From Acidobacteriota bacterium (lineage in GTDB: Bacteria; Acidobacteriota; Thermoanaerobaculia; Multivoradales; UBA5704): DNA of 54,403 nucleotides. The notes under the pieces were generated by a model. That model saw only the letters and a list, made by a program, of their open reading frames with translations. It was not told where the DNA came from and made no database searches. The translations under genes and the position numbers were made by a program. How positions within the stretch are numbered: the stretch's first letter is position 1; every line of letters begins with the position of its first letter. The DNA lies in NCBI GenBank assembly GCA_040005235.1, contig JBDTZG010000036.1:1-54403 (forward strand), read 5' to 3'. Positions 8,448 through 18,193 of the stretch are shown here, piece after piece.

Positions 8448-10106
8448 ATGGTAGTGGCGAACGTCAAACCGATGGTCGAAGACAAGCCGCTCTCGGCCGA
8501 GACGGTCGAGCAGGCGCGCGAACGGATCGCCCTGGAGCGCCAGGAGGCGGAACAGTTCGCGGCGCGCTACGGTCTCGAGTTCGTCGACATGACTCATTTC
8601 CGGATCGAGAACGACCTGTTCCGGAAAGTTCCGTTCGAGCTGATGCTGCGCTACGGCTTCCTCCCCTCCGAGCAACTCGCCGGCCGGCTCGCGGTGGTGA
8701 TGGCCGACCCGTCCGACGTGGTGAAGATCGACGAGATGGAGCTGCTGCTCGGCCAGCCGGTCGAAGTAAGGATCGGCGTCCGCTCGGCGATCGACGAGAT
8801 CCTCCAGAAATCGGAGAGCACCCAGCGCGTTCTCGACGAGGCGAGCGAGGATTTCCGCATCCAACTGGTGCAGGAGGACGAGGACGGCGAGGAGATCCTG
8901 TCGATCGACCGGATCACCTCGGATACCAGCCCGATCATCAAGCTGGTCGACTCGACCATGTTCAACGCCATCCAGCGCCGGGCGAGCGACATCCACATCG
9001 AGTCGCGCGACAACGAAGTGATCATCAAGTACCGGATCGACGGCGTGCTCTACCAGGCGATGGAGCCGATCGACAAGCGCCACCACCAGACGATCATCAG
9101 CCGGATCAAAGTCATGTCCGAGCTGGACATCGCGGAAAAGCGCATCCCCCAGGACGGCCGTTTTCGCCTGCGCATGAAAAGCCGGACGATCGACTTCCGC
9201 GTCTCGATCATCCCGTCGGTCCACGGTGAGGACTGCGTCATCCGAATCCTCGACAAGGAGTCGATGAACAAGGAGTTCAAGAACCTCCGGCTGGAGATCC
9301 TGGGCTTCGACGACGAGACGCTGCGCAAGGTGCGCAAGTTCATCCGCGAGCCGTACGGCATGGTGCTGGTCACCGGCCCGACCGGCTCCGGTAAGACCAC
9401 CACGCTCTACGCCTGCCTCTCCGAGATCCAGACCTCGGAAGACAAGATCGTCACGATCGAGGACCCGGTCGAGTACCAGCTGCGCGGCATCACCCAGATT
9501 CCGGTCAACGAGAAGAAGGGGCTCACCTTCGCCCGCGGCCTGCGCTCGATCCTGCGCCACGATCCGGACAAGGTGATGGTCGGCGAGATCCGCGACGAGG
9601 AGACGGCGCAGATCGCGATCCAGTCGGCGCTCACCGGCCACTTGGTGTTCACCACGGTGCACGCCAACAACGTGGTCGACGTGCTCGGCCGGTTCCTCAA
9701 CATGAACGTCGACCTCTACAACTTCGTCTCCGCGCTAAACTGCGTCCTCGCCCAGCGTCTGGTGCGTAAGATCTGCGACCATTGCAAGGTCCCGGCGAAG
9801 CCGACCCGGCTGATCCTCGAAGAGAGCGGCCTCGATCCGGCGGTCTACGGCGATTTTACCTTCTACGAGGGAGTCGGCTGCATCGAGTGCAACGGCACCG
9901 GGTTTCACGGCCGGCTCGCGGTCTCCGAGCTGCTCGATCTGTCGGATCACATCCGGGAGTTGATCCTGGACCGCCGGCCGGCCTCGGAGATCAAGCGCGC
10001 GGCCAAGGAGGAGGGGATGACCTTCCTTCGCGAATCGGCGCTGGAAAAAGTTTTTCAGGGGGTCACGACGTTGCGCGAAATCAACAAAGTCACTTTCGTC
10101 GACTGA
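8448..10106 (+). CDS. pilB: PilB/GspE-family secretion/pilus assembly ATPase
   Basis: ASDIHIE, RIPQDGR, Walker A GPTGSGKTT, TIEDPVE, LRHDPDKVMVGEIRD, TGHLVFTTVH, and tetracysteine CDHC...CIEC. Confidence 0.92.
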   Translation: MVVANVKPMVEDKPLSAETVEQARERIALERQEAEQFAARYGLEFVDMTHFRIENDLFRKVPFELMLRYGFLPSEQLAGRLAVVMADPSDVVKIDEMELLLGQPVEVRIGVRSAIDEILQKSESTQRVLDEASEDFRIQLVQEDEDGEEILSIDRITSDTSPIIKLVDSTMFNAIQRRASDIHIESRDNEVIIKYRIDGVLYQAMEPIDKRHHQTIISRIKVMSELDIAEKRIPQDGRFRLRMKSRTIDFRVSIIPSVHGEDCVIRILDKESMNKEFKNLRLEILGFDDETLRKVRKFIREPYGMVLVTGPTGSGKTTTLYACLSEIQTSEDKIVTIEDPVEYQLRGITQIPVNEKKGLTFARGLRSILRHDPDKVMVGEIRDEETAQIAIQSALTGHLVFTTVHANNVVDVLGRFLNMNVDLYNFVSALNCVLAQRLVRKICDHCKVPAKPTRLILEESGLDPAVYGDFTFYEGVGCIECNGTGFHGRLAVSELLDLSDHIRELILDRRPASEIKRAAKEEGMTFLRESALEKVFQGVTTLREINKVTFVD

Positions 10107-10129
10107 GTCGACTGAAAAAGTCGAATCGA

Positions 10130-11137
10130 ATGGGCGAAACCTCCATCCCCCTCTGGCGACGGGTCCTCGGCTTCAGTCCGATGCCGGTGCCCTCGCACGT
10201 TTTCGCGCTCGACGGCGAACGGCTGCGCTACGCCCACCTGCCGCGCCAGGGCGAGACGTTTCGTTTCCGTTCCTACCGCCAGACGCCGCTTGCCCACGAC
10301 ACGTTTCTCGCCGGTCCGCTCGGCGGCCCTCTGCGCGATGCGCGCGGCTTCTCCGACAAAGTGGCGGCCCTGGTTCGCACTCTCAAGGAGGGCGGAACGG
10401 CGGTCAGAGCGGCCTCCCTGGTGGTGCCGGACGGCTGGCTGCGGGTGGTGTTCACCGAATCGGGCGACCTGCCGAGGAACGCCGCCGCGATCGACGAGGT
10501 GTTGCGTTGGAAGCTGCGGCGCCTGGTGCCCTTCCGGGTCGACGACCTGCGGTTGAACGCGACCGAGGTGATGCCGCTCGCCGGGCAGGAAGAGCCGCGC
10601 CGGCTGCTGCTCGGCTTCGCGGTCGAAGCCCTGCTCTCCCAACTCGAAGAGGCGTTTTCCGCCGCGGGCGTTCGGTTGGGCCTGATCACCAACGCGAGCC
10701 TGGCGCTCGCCTCGGCGCTCGACGGCCCGGCTCGGGGCGGCGCCGCCGAGCGGGCGGAGCTGTCGGGCCTGGTGCTCGCCGACTCCGGCTCCTACACCCT
10801 GGTCTTCCGCCGCGCCGGCGAGCCGGTCCTCCATCGCTTCAAGGCGTTTGCCACCTCGCTGCCCGACGACGCGCGTTCCGGGCTGGTCGAGCGCGACCTG
10901 CGCCTCACCCGCAACTTTCTCGACGAGCATTTTCCCGGCGAGCCGCACGGCCAGCTGGTGCTGGTGGCGCCGGCCGAGCTCGAACCGCTCTGGGTCGATC
11001 TGGTCGATCAGGGATTGGGCTTGAGAGCCGTGCCGCTCGACGGCCGCCAGCTGCCCCCCGTACGGGCCGAAGAGACGACCGCGCCGTGGCGCGACCTGGC
11101 GCCGCTGCTCGGAGCGGTCCGCATGGAGGTTTCGTGA
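10130..11137 (+). CDS. PilM-like (actin-like) cytoplasmic alignment protein, divergent
   Basis: Position after the ATPase and before PilN/O-like genes; LVVPDGWLRV...EVLRWKLRRLVPF pattern; start ATG at 10130 chosen by eye. Confidence 0.65.
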   Translation: MGETSIPLWRRVLGFSPMPVPSHVFALDGERLRYAHLPRQGETFRFRSYRQTPLAHDTFLAGPLGGPLRDARGFSDKVAALVRTLKEGGTAVRAASLVVPDGWLRVVFTESGDLPRNAAAIDEVLRWKLRRLVPFRVDDLRLNATEVMPLAGQEEPRRLLLGFAVEALLSQLEEAFSAAGVRLGLITNASLALASALDGPARGGAAERAELSGLVLADSGSYTLVFRRAGEPVLHRFKAFATSLPDDARSGLVERDLRLTRNFLDEHFPGEPHGQLVLVAPAELEPLWVDLVDQGLGLRAVPLDGRQLPPVRAEETTAPWRDLAPLLGAVRMEVS

Positions 11138-11877
11138 GCGTCCCGCGTCGCAGCCGTGAACCGCTCGATCCGTTGAACCTCGCCCGGCGGCCGTTCGCCA
11201 ACGGGCGTCCCGTGGTGCGGGTCTCGGTGCTGCTGGGTCTCCTCGGCGCCCTGCTCCTGGTCAGCAACGTCGCCGGCTACTGGCGCTATCTGGCGGACTC
11301 CGAAGCGATGCGGGCCGAGCGCGGCCGGGTGGCCGCCCAACGCGAACAGTCCGAACGGCGAATCGGCGACCTGGCCCGCCAGCTTCAGAGCTACGACCTC
11401 GATCGGCAGAACCAGCAGGTGGAGTTCCTCAACCAGCGGATCGCCGAGCGGACGTTCTCGTGGAGCACCCTGCTCGACCGGTTGGCGCGCGAGCTGCCGA
11501 GCGATGTCCGGCTTCTCTCGCTCACTCCCGCGAGCAACTCGGCGAAAGCCAAATCCACTTCGGCGGCTGTCGCGGCCAAGAAGCAGAGCCTCGGCGATCG
11601 GATTCCTCTGGTGATCAGCGGCGAGTCCAAGAACGTCCCGGCGATGCTCCAATTCGTCGACCACCTGTTTGCCCGGCCTGAGTTTCTCGATCCGAACCCG
11701 CAGAACCAGCAGGAGGACGAGCAGGGGTTTATCAAGTTCAAGCTGAGCGTCGACTACCTGCCCCAGGTGGCCGCAGGCGAGGCGACGATTCCCTCCTCAT
11801 TGGCTCCGCCCGCACCGGGCGCGCCGTTGAGCGGCGGGAACGCGAAGGCGACGACGACCGCGGGAGGGGAGCGATGA
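11134..11877 (+). CDS. PilN-like protein
   Basis: GTG start overlapping the previous stop; LNLARRP (INLLP-like) motif, TM helix, coiled coil, and WSTLLDRLARELPSDVRLLSL. Confidence 0.8.
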   Translation: MSVPRRSREPLDPLNLARRPFANGRPVVRVSVLLGLLGALLLVSNVAGYWRYLADSEAMRAERGRVAAQREQSERRIGDLARQLQSYDLDRQNQQVEFLNQRIAERTFSWSTLLDRLARELPSDVRLLSLTPASNSAKAKSTSAAVAAKKQSLGDRIPLVISGESKNVPAMLQFVDHLFARPEFLDPNPQNQQEDEQGFIKFKLSVDYLPQVAAGEATIPSSLAPPAPGAPLSGGNAKATTTAGGER

Positions 11878-12563
11878 AGAGCCCGGAACGCGTTTGGCGC
11901 GAACGGGCCTGGGTGTGGGCTCCGGCGCTGATCTTCTTCATGGTCAACCTGGTGGCGTTCGGGATCTATCGCCTCGGCTATGCGAATCGGGTCGGGGACT
12001 TGGAGGAACGTCTCGCCGCCGATCGCTCCGAGCTGGAAAAGCTGACCGAGCGGGAGCACGTGGTGGCCGCGGGTGTCGAGCGGGCGCGGGCCAGCCGGAC
12101 GGGCATCCGCGAGCTCTACCAGGACCGCTTTTCGACCCGCAAACGCCGGTTGACCCAGATCATCGCCGAGGTGCAGAACCAGGCGAAGAGGGCGGGCCTC
12201 GATCCCAAAGAGATCACCTATCCGGAAGAGCGGATCGACAATTTCGGCCTGGTCCGGCGGTCGTTCATCTTCTCGGTCGGTGGGACCTACTCGGCGTTGC
12301 GCCGCTTCTTCGACCTGCTGGAGACCGGCCCCTCCTTCGTCACCATCGAAGAGGTGAACCTGGTTGCCGCCGAGGCGGACCAGGCCGGCGCGGAGCTGCG
12401 CATGGAGCTCAAGCTGTCGACGCTCTTCGCCCAGGACGAAAACAACCCGTTCGCGACGCCTTCCCGGCCCGCGGGCGCGCCCGCCCCATCGCGCGGCGTG
12501 AAAACCCCGGCCGACATGGCGCTCGCCGCGCCGCAGAAGCCGCGCGCCGGAGGTGACGAATGA
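11874..12563 (+). CDS. PilO/GspM-like protein
   Basis: N-terminal TM and coiled coil; VGGTYSALRRFFDLLE...FVTIEEV ferredoxin-like PilO signature. Confidence 0.8.
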   Translation: MKSPERVWRERAWVWAPALIFFMVNLVAFGIYRLGYANRVGDLEERLAADRSELEKLTEREHVVAAGVERARASRTGIRELYQDRFSTRKRRLTQIIAEVQNQAKRAGLDPKEITYPEERIDNFGLVRRSFIFSVGGTYSALRRFFDLLETGPSFVTIEEVNLVAAEADQAGAELRMELKLSTLFAQDENNPFATPSRPAGAPAPSRGVKTPADMALAAPQKPRAGGDE

Positions 12564-13153
12564 GCTCGCAACGGCAGCGCTGGATGCTCGGAGCGCTCGG
12601 TCTGCTGATGCTCGCCCTGATCGTGCGCTACGTGCCGTGGTCCGGCGATGAAGAGGCGCTCGGTCCGGCGCCAGCCCGCATCGGCTCCGCGGCGGCCAAC
12701 GCGGCCGACTCTCCCGACGCGGTGGCCGAGCTGGCCCTCGGGTCGCTCTCGCAGGTTCCGCACAGCGCGCCGGTCGGCCGCGATCCGTGGCGCTACTACG
12801 TGCCTCCCCCGAAGCCTCCGCCGCCGCCGCATGTGGCGACCAAGGAGGAGCTTGAACGGGATCGCCTGGCTTTGGAGCAGGCGGCGCGCGAGGCCGCGGA
12901 ACGGCAGCGCTTGGCGGCCGAAGAGGCCGCGCGGCCGAAGCCGCCGAAATTCACTTTCAAATACCTCGGCAGTTTCGGCCCCAAAAATCGGCCGCTGGCC
13001 GCGTTTTCCGACGGCAAGACGATCCTCAACGTCCGCGAGGGCGACGTCATCCTCTCCAAGTTCCGGGTGGCGAAGATCGGTTACGAGTCGGTCGACATCA
13101 AATACCTCGAATTTCCCGACGAGCCGGCGCTACGCCTGGCCGTCGGTCGTTGA
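12560..13153 (+). CDS. PilP/GspC-like protein
   Basis: TM anchor, GRDPW motif, Pro-rich linker, and C-terminal FKYLG...VREGDVI..KFRVAKIG beta domain. Confidence 0.65.
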   Translation: MSSQRQRWMLGALGLLMLALIVRYVPWSGDEEALGPAPARIGSAAANAADSPDAVAELALGSLSQVPHSAPVGRDPWRYYVPPPKPPPPPHVATKEELERDRLALEQAAREAAERQRLAAEEAARPKPPKFTFKYLGSFGPKNRPLAAFSDGKTILNVREGDVILSKFRVAKIGYESVDIKYLEFPDEPALRLAVGR

Positions 13154-13178
13154 GCGTCAAATTCTCTAGGAGCACGCG

Positions 13179-15884
13179 ATGCGCGGATGCCGGACCCTCT
13201 TGCTCGCCTCGGTCGTACTCGCGACCGGCTGTACGAGCTATCGAAACTATCGGGAGGCGGAGATCGCTTCTCAGCTCGGCCGCTGGGACGACGCCGTGGT
13301 CGCCTATTTGAAAGCATTGGAGAGCGACCCGTCCAACTTGAGCATTCGAACCGATCTGCTCCGCGCGAAGATCCACGCTTCCCAGGATCATTTCAAGAAG
13401 GGAAAGGATTTTCGCGCCGCGGGCGTGCTCGATCGGTCGTTGATCGAGCTGCAGCAGGCGGTCCAGCTCGATCCGACCAACCAATATGCCCAGGCTGAGC
13501 TGGAAGGCGTCCGCCGGGCGCTCGTGGCGCAGAACCGCGAGACTCCGACCCTCGACGAGCTGAAGGCGAAGAACCGCGGCACCCGGCCGCAGCCGCCGCA
13601 GCTCAATCCGCGCAGCAACCAGCCGATCTCGCTCGATTTCCCGCAGCCGGTGTCGATCTTCGACATCTACCGCGCGCTCGCCAAGGCCTATGGCATCAAC
13701 GTGCTGTTCGATCCGAACCTGAAAGACCAGGAGATCGCGATCGAGCTCAAAGACGTGACGGCGCAAAACGCGCTCGAAGTCCTGATGCGCTCGGCCGGCC
13801 ACTTCTACAAGGTGCTCGACGAAGGGACCATCCTGATCGCCGCCGATACGCCGCAGAACCGGCGTACCTACGAGGATCTGGTGATCCAGACGTTCTTCCT
13901 GTCGAACGCCGACGTCAAGGACATGACGACCATCCTGCGCAGCCTGATCGACGCACGGAAGATCGCCACCAACGAGAGCTTGAACGCGATCATCCTGCGC
14001 GACACGGCGGACAAGGTGAAGGTGGCGGAAAAGATCATCGAGGCCAACGACAAATCGAAGGCCGAAGTGGTGGTCGACGTCGAGCTGCTCCAGGTCAACA
14101 GCGGCCGCCTGCGCGAGCTGGGCATGGCGCTCAGCTCGACCTCGATCACCCAGAGCCTCGACCTCGGCGGCACCGGCACCACCTCGCCGAAACTGCGCTT
14201 GTCGGATCTCCAGTACCTGAACCAGAGCAACTGGGTGCTTACGATCCCCAACTTCCTCTACAACTTCGTCAAGACCAACAGCGACGCGCAACTCCTCGCG
14301 AAGCCGCAGCTGCGGATCACCGAAGGCGAGAAGGCGAGCTTGACGATCGGCGATCGGGTCCCCATCCCGCTCACGCAGTTCTCGGCCCAGACGCCGGGCC
14401 AAGGCGGTCTGATCACCGCGCCGATCACCTCGTTCCAGTACCAGGACGTCGGCATCAAGCTCGACATCGAGCCGCGCGTCCACCACAACCGGGAGATTAC
14501 TCTCAAGGTGAAGGTCGAAGTTTCCGACATCAGCCGGGAGATCCAGGCGGCGGGCGGCCAGTCGCAGCCGGTCATCGGCACCCGGACGATCGACACCAAG
14601 ATCCGGTTGAAGGATGGCGAGACGAACTTCCTCGCCGGCCTGCTCCGCACTGACGAGAAGTCTTCCGAAAGCGGCATTCCCGGCCTGTCCGAGATCCCCG
14701 TGCTCGGCCGGCTGTTCTCCAACAAGAAGGGCGAAAACCAGCGCCAGGACGTGATCCTGACGCTCACGCCGCACATCATCCGGAACGCCGAGATCACCGA
14801 AGACGACCTGCTGCCGATCTGGGTCGGCACCGAGGCGAACATCTCGTTCCGGGGCGGCAGCCCGCGCATCGAAGGGACGGAGGAAGGTCCGTTCGACGGC
14901 GACGCCGGAACGCCCGAAGAGATTCAGGACGTGATCCGCCGCCGTCTGCAGCAGTTACCGCGTGGCCTGCGGCCGGAGGACGGCCCGCAGGGCCTCGCCG
15001 GAGTGGCCGTGCCGCAGGATCAACCGCAGGTCCAACCGCCGCAGCAACCGCAGTTCGCCCCGACGCCCACAGGGCCCAGCGACATCTTCAAGCAGCCGGA
15101 GACCAAGGAGCCTGCCGAGGAAGAACCGCCTCCGGGGGTGTCGGACCTGGAGCGCCAGGCCGACGAGCTGATCGCCGCGGCCCTCTCGGCCGACGGACAA
15201 CGCGTCCTGGTCGCCCGTCGCAAAGCCGCGGCGGACACTGCAGCCGCGGCGGACACTGCAGCCGCGGCGGACGCGGCAAATACCAAGCTCGCGGCGGCCT
15301 CGTTTTCCGGCGTTGCGACCAACGGCGAGCCGGCGGTCAAACTGTCCCTTTCGCCCGAACGGGCACAGGTCCGGATGGGCGACCGGTTGACCCTCACGCT
15401 CGACGTCGCGGCTTTGGTGCCGGTCGGGCACCTGCCCGTTAGACTGCAATTCGATCCGGCGGTGCTCAAGGTCGAGCGGGTGGAGGCCGGCGATTTCCTT
15501 GGCGATCCGACCCGCTCCCAGGTGCTTTCCGACAGCTCGCACCCCGGCGAATTGGTGCTCGGCGCGAGCCAACTCGGCGGCGGGCCGGGGGTCGCGGGAT
15601 CGGGAACCGTGGCGCGGATCATCTTCCGCGCCGTGGGCGAGGGCTCCTCGGCGGTCTCATTCGTGCAAGGGGAAGCCAAGGACCCGGGACTGCGGCAGAT
15701 CGGTCCGGTCCGCCTCCGTCCGGCCGAGGTAACGGTCGGCGAGGGGGGGGACGGACGGGATGGACGCGGCGGCCACGATCGCGAGCCCCCTGCGGTACCG
15801 CTGGCGCTTGTTCCCCCCGCTCCGAAGGCGGGAACCGCGCCGCGCGAGCCGCTGGCGAATTCGCCGGTGGGACGCGGTTTTTGA
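13179..15884 (+). CDS. Liposecretin (GspD/PilQ family) with N-terminal TPRs and a C-terminal cohesin-like domain
   Basis: Lipobox VLATGC; TPR helices; N0 and N3 domains; secretin core (LLAKPQL...QYQDVGIKLDIEPRVH...GIPGLSEIPVLGRLFS...LTPHII); Pro/Gln/Ala linker; cohesin-like LQFDPAVL...GSGTVARIIFRAV. Confidence 0.9.
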   Translation: MRGCRTLLLASVVLATGCTSYRNYREAEIASQLGRWDDAVVAYLKALESDPSNLSIRTDLLRAKIHASQDHFKKGKDFRAAGVLDRSLIELQQAVQLDPTNQYAQAELEGVRRALVAQNRETPTLDELKAKNRGTRPQPPQLNPRSNQPISLDFPQPVSIFDIYRALAKAYGINVLFDPNLKDQEIAIELKDVTAQNALEVLMRSAGHFYKVLDEGTILIAADTPQNRRTYEDLVIQTFFLSNADVKDMTTILRSLIDARKIATNESLNAIILRDTADKVKVAEKIIEANDKSKAEVVVDVELLQVNSGRLRELGMALSSTSITQSLDLGGTGTTSPKLRLSDLQYLNQSNWVLTIPNFLYNFVKTNSDAQLLAKPQLRITEGEKASLTIGDRVPIPLTQFSAQTPGQGGLITAPITSFQYQDVGIKLDIEPRVHHNREITLKVKVEVSDISREIQAAGGQSQPVIGTRTIDTKIRLKDGETNFLAGLLRTDEKSSESGIPGLSEIPVLGRLFSNKKGENQRQDVILTLTPHIIRNAEITEDDLLPIWVGTEANISFRGGSPRIEGTEEGPFDGDAGTPEEIQDVIRRRLQQLPRGLRPEDGPQGLAGVAVPQDQPQVQPPQQPQFAPTPTGPSDIFKQPETKEPAEEEPPPGVSDLERQADELIAAALSADGQRVLVARRKAAADTAAAADTAAAADAANTKLAAASFSGVATNGEPAVKLSLSPERAQVRMGDRLTLTLDVAALVPVGHLPVRLQFDPAVLKVERVEAGDFLGDPTRSQVLSDSSHPGELVLGASQLGGGPGVAGSGTVARIIFRAVGEGSSAVSFVQGEAKDPGLRQIGPVRLRPAEVTVGEGGDGRDGRGGHDREPPAVPLALVPPAPKAGTAPREPLANSPVGRGF
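15224..15274 (+). repeat. 18-bp tandem repeat in the secretin linker (AAADTA repeats)
   Basis: gccgcggcggacactgca twice plus a partial third copy. Confidence 0.75.
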
Positions 15885-15906
15885 TCCATAGCGAAGGAGA
15901 TTGACC

Positions 15907-16374
15907 ATGCGCACGATCGATCGCAGGACCGCCGGCTTTACCCTCGCCGAACTGGTGACGGTGGCCGCCGTGCTCGCGATCCTCGCCGCGGTCACCCTGC
16001 CGATCGCCAAGTTCGCTTCGAAGCGCAGCAAGGAGCTCGACCTGCGCCAGGATCTGCGCGAGATGCGCTTTGCGATCGACGAATACAAGCGCTACAGCGA
16101 CGCCGGGCTCATTCCGGTCGACCTCAATACGGACGGCTATCCGAAGAAGCTCGAAATCCTGGTCGACGGGGTGGACATCGTCGGTCAGATCAATAAGAAG
16201 GCGAAGTTCCTGCGCCGCGTTCCGGTCGATCCGATGACCGGCAAGGACGAGTGGGGTTTGCGCAGCTACCAGGACAAACCCGACGAAACGTCATGGGGGG
16301 GCGAAAACGTATACGACGTGTTTTCGCAATCCGAAGGCGTCGGCCTGAACGGAGTTCCTTACACCAAGTGGTGA
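15907..16374 (+). CDS. Pseudopilin/pilin (GspG-like) 1
   Basis: Class III signal G|FTLAEL; YPKKLEILV...FLRRVPVDPMTG. Confidence 0.88.
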   Translation: MRTIDRRTAGFTLAELVTVAAVLAILAAVTLPIAKFASKRSKELDLRQDLREMRFAIDEYKRYSDAGLIPVDLNTDGYPKKLEILVDGVDIVGQINKKAKFLRRVPVDPMTGKDEWGLRSYQDKPDETSWGGENVYDVFSQSEGVGLNGVPYTKW

Positions 16375-16381
16375 GCCGTCT

Positions 16382-16804
16382 ATGATGAAAATGCCTGCGC
16401 GAAAAGAATCCGGCTTCACCCTTCTCGAGCTGATCATCGTGATCGCGATCATCGGCATTCTGGCGACCATCGCTATGCCCGCATTGCGCCAGGTGCCGCG
16501 CCGGGCGAACGAATCGGTGCTCAAGACCAACCTGCGCACCATGCGGGACGTGATCGATCAGTACCATGGCGACCGGGGCACCTATCCGCCGACGCTCGAA
16601 GAGCTGGTGACCAAGGGCTACCTACGCAAGGTCCCGATCGACCCGATCACCAAGCACAGCGACACCTGGGTTCTGGTGCTCGAAGAGATCAATCCAGACT
16701 CTCCGCCGGCCGAGACCGAAACCGCCGATGGACCGGGGATCATCGACATCCATTCGGGCTCGCCGCTCACTGCCCTCGACGGCACTCCCTATGCGGATTG
16801 GTAA
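16382..16804 (+). CDS. Pseudopilin/pilin (GspG-like) 2
   Basis: Class III signal G|FTLLELIIVIAIIGILATIA; YPPTLEELVTKGYLRKVPIDP. Confidence 0.9.
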   Translation: MMKMPARKESGFTLLELIIVIAIIGILATIAMPALRQVPRRANESVLKTNLRTMRDVIDQYHGDRGTYPPTLEELVTKGYLRKVPIDPITKHSDTWVLVLEEINPDSPPAETETADGPGIIDIHSGSPLTALDGTPYADW

Positions 16805-16834
16805 TCGGTTGCGGGCCGAGATCGGGATGGCGCG

Positions 16835-17725
16835 ATGAAAATCCGTCACCAAGGCGCAAACCGTGCCGAGGCCGGCTACAACCTGGTCGTTCTGCTGGTT
16901 GCGATCACGGTCCTGAACATCCTGATCGCGGCGTCGCTGCCGCTCTGGAGCCGGATCATCCAGCACGACAAGGAAGAGGAGCTGATCTTTCGCGGCCTGC
17001 AATACGCCGAGGCGATCCGCATCTTCCGTATTCGCTTCCAGCGCGCGCCGGTGCGAATCGAAGAGCTGCTGGAGTCGAAGCCGCGCTGCATCCGTCAGCT
17101 GTGGAAAGACCCGATGTCCAAAGACGGCAAGTGGAAGGTCCTTTATGAGGGCGTCCTACAGCCTCCCGGCTCGCTCACTCCGCAGGCACCGGGCGAAGAA
17201 GGCAAAGGCGGCGAGGGATCCGACAAAGGCAAAGATCCCGGCAAGGGGAAGGATCCCGACTCGGGAGACGCCGGGAGCTCCGGCGATGATTCCGAAGGGG
17301 GCTCCGGGTTCCTGACGACGGAAAAAAAGGAACAGTTGACGATTGGACCTATCGAAGGGGTCGCGAGCAAGAGCAACAAGAAGTCCGCGATGATCTGGTT
17401 CGGCCAGGAACGCTACGATCAATGGCAGTTTCGCTGGACGCTCGTGGCGCAGCAGAAAAGCTTCGTGATTTCCGTGGAGGGGGCACCGCCCACCCCTCAA
17501 GGCGAAAACATCCGCTGGCTCGGCCGGCCCTGGCCGAAATGGCTGGGGATTCAAAACGGACCGCCGGGCGTGCAGAACCCGCCGAGCGGCTTGCCGGGGA
17601 TCGGTCTGCCGGGCGGTGGCATCCAGCCGTCGCCGAATCCGGCCCCCGGTGGCGAAGGTGACGGTGGAGCTTTCGGTGTCCCTAAAGGACTGCCTGAAAA
17701 CCCCAACGACCCGCCTCCCTCTTGA
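16835..17725 (+). CDS. Minor pseudopilin lacking Glu5 (GspK/PilX-like) with Pro/Gly-rich tail
   Basis: G|[12 protein letters not shown] hydrophobic N-terminus without E5; KEEELIFRG...IRQLWKDPM. Confidence 0.75.
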   Translation: MKIRHQGANRAEAGYNLVVLLVAITVLNILIAASLPLWSRIIQHDKEEELIFRGLQYAEAIRIFRIRFQRAPVRIEELLESKPRCIRQLWKDPMSKDGKWKVLYEGVLQPPGSLTPQAPGEEGKGGEGSDKGKDPGKGKDPDSGDAGSSGDDSEGGSGFLTTEKKEQLTIGPIEGVASKSNKKSAMIWFGQERYDQWQFRWTLVAQQKSFVISVEGAPPTPQGENIRWLGRPWPKWLGIQNGPPGVQNPPSGLPGIGLPGGGIQPSPNPAPGGEGDGGAFGVPKGLPENPNDPPPS

Positions 17726-18186
17726 GGCAAGGCGACTCTTTGGCTCCAGTCCGCTTCCGTCGCGCTCCCGAAGCGCGCGATCTGCCTCCGCCCGCTCCGG
17801 CCTCCCCCGGCAGCTCGGGGTATGACCTGCGTTCCGCGGTTAGCGAAGAGCTGGTCCTCGCCCCCGGAGCCCGCGCGCTGGTGCCGACCGGTCTTTTCCT
17901 CGAAATCCCTCTCGGTTGGGAGGCTCAGGTCCGACCGCGTAGCGGTCTGGCGCTACGCCACGGGGTCGGCATCCTGAATGCCCCCGGCACGATCGACAGC
18001 GACTATCGGGGCGAGGTCGGGGTGATCCTGATCAATCAGGGCGCCGAGCCGTTCACGGTCCGTCGCGGCGATCGCATCGCCCAGCTGGTCTTCGCCCGGG
18101 TCGAGAGCGTCGAATGGCGGGAGGTGGACGTGCTGGACGAAAGCGATCGCGGTTCCGGGGGATTCGGCTCGACCGGTCGGTCATAA
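17722..18186 (+). CDS. dut: dUTP diphosphatase
   Basis: [39 protein letters not shown] and [10 protein letters not shown]: all five dUTPase motifs. True start may be slightly downstream. Confidence 0.97.
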   Translation: MRQGDSLAPVRFRRAPEARDLPPPAPASPGSSGYDLRSAVSEELVLAPGARALVPTGLFLEIPLGWEAQVRPRSGLALRHGVGILNAPGTIDSDYRGEVGVILINQGAEPFTVRRGDRIAQLVFARVESVEWREVDVLDESDRGSGGFGSTGRS

Positions 18187-18193
18187 TGCCCGC

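Noticed and set aside
7143-9662. 839-aa minus-strand ORF (and similar long ORFs 5017-6939, 13098-14774, 33686-35284, 37710-40046, 40908-42971, 51216-53399)
   Set aside because: Antisense or alternative-frame shadows of well-supported genes, expected in high-GC DNA; no recognisable motifs.
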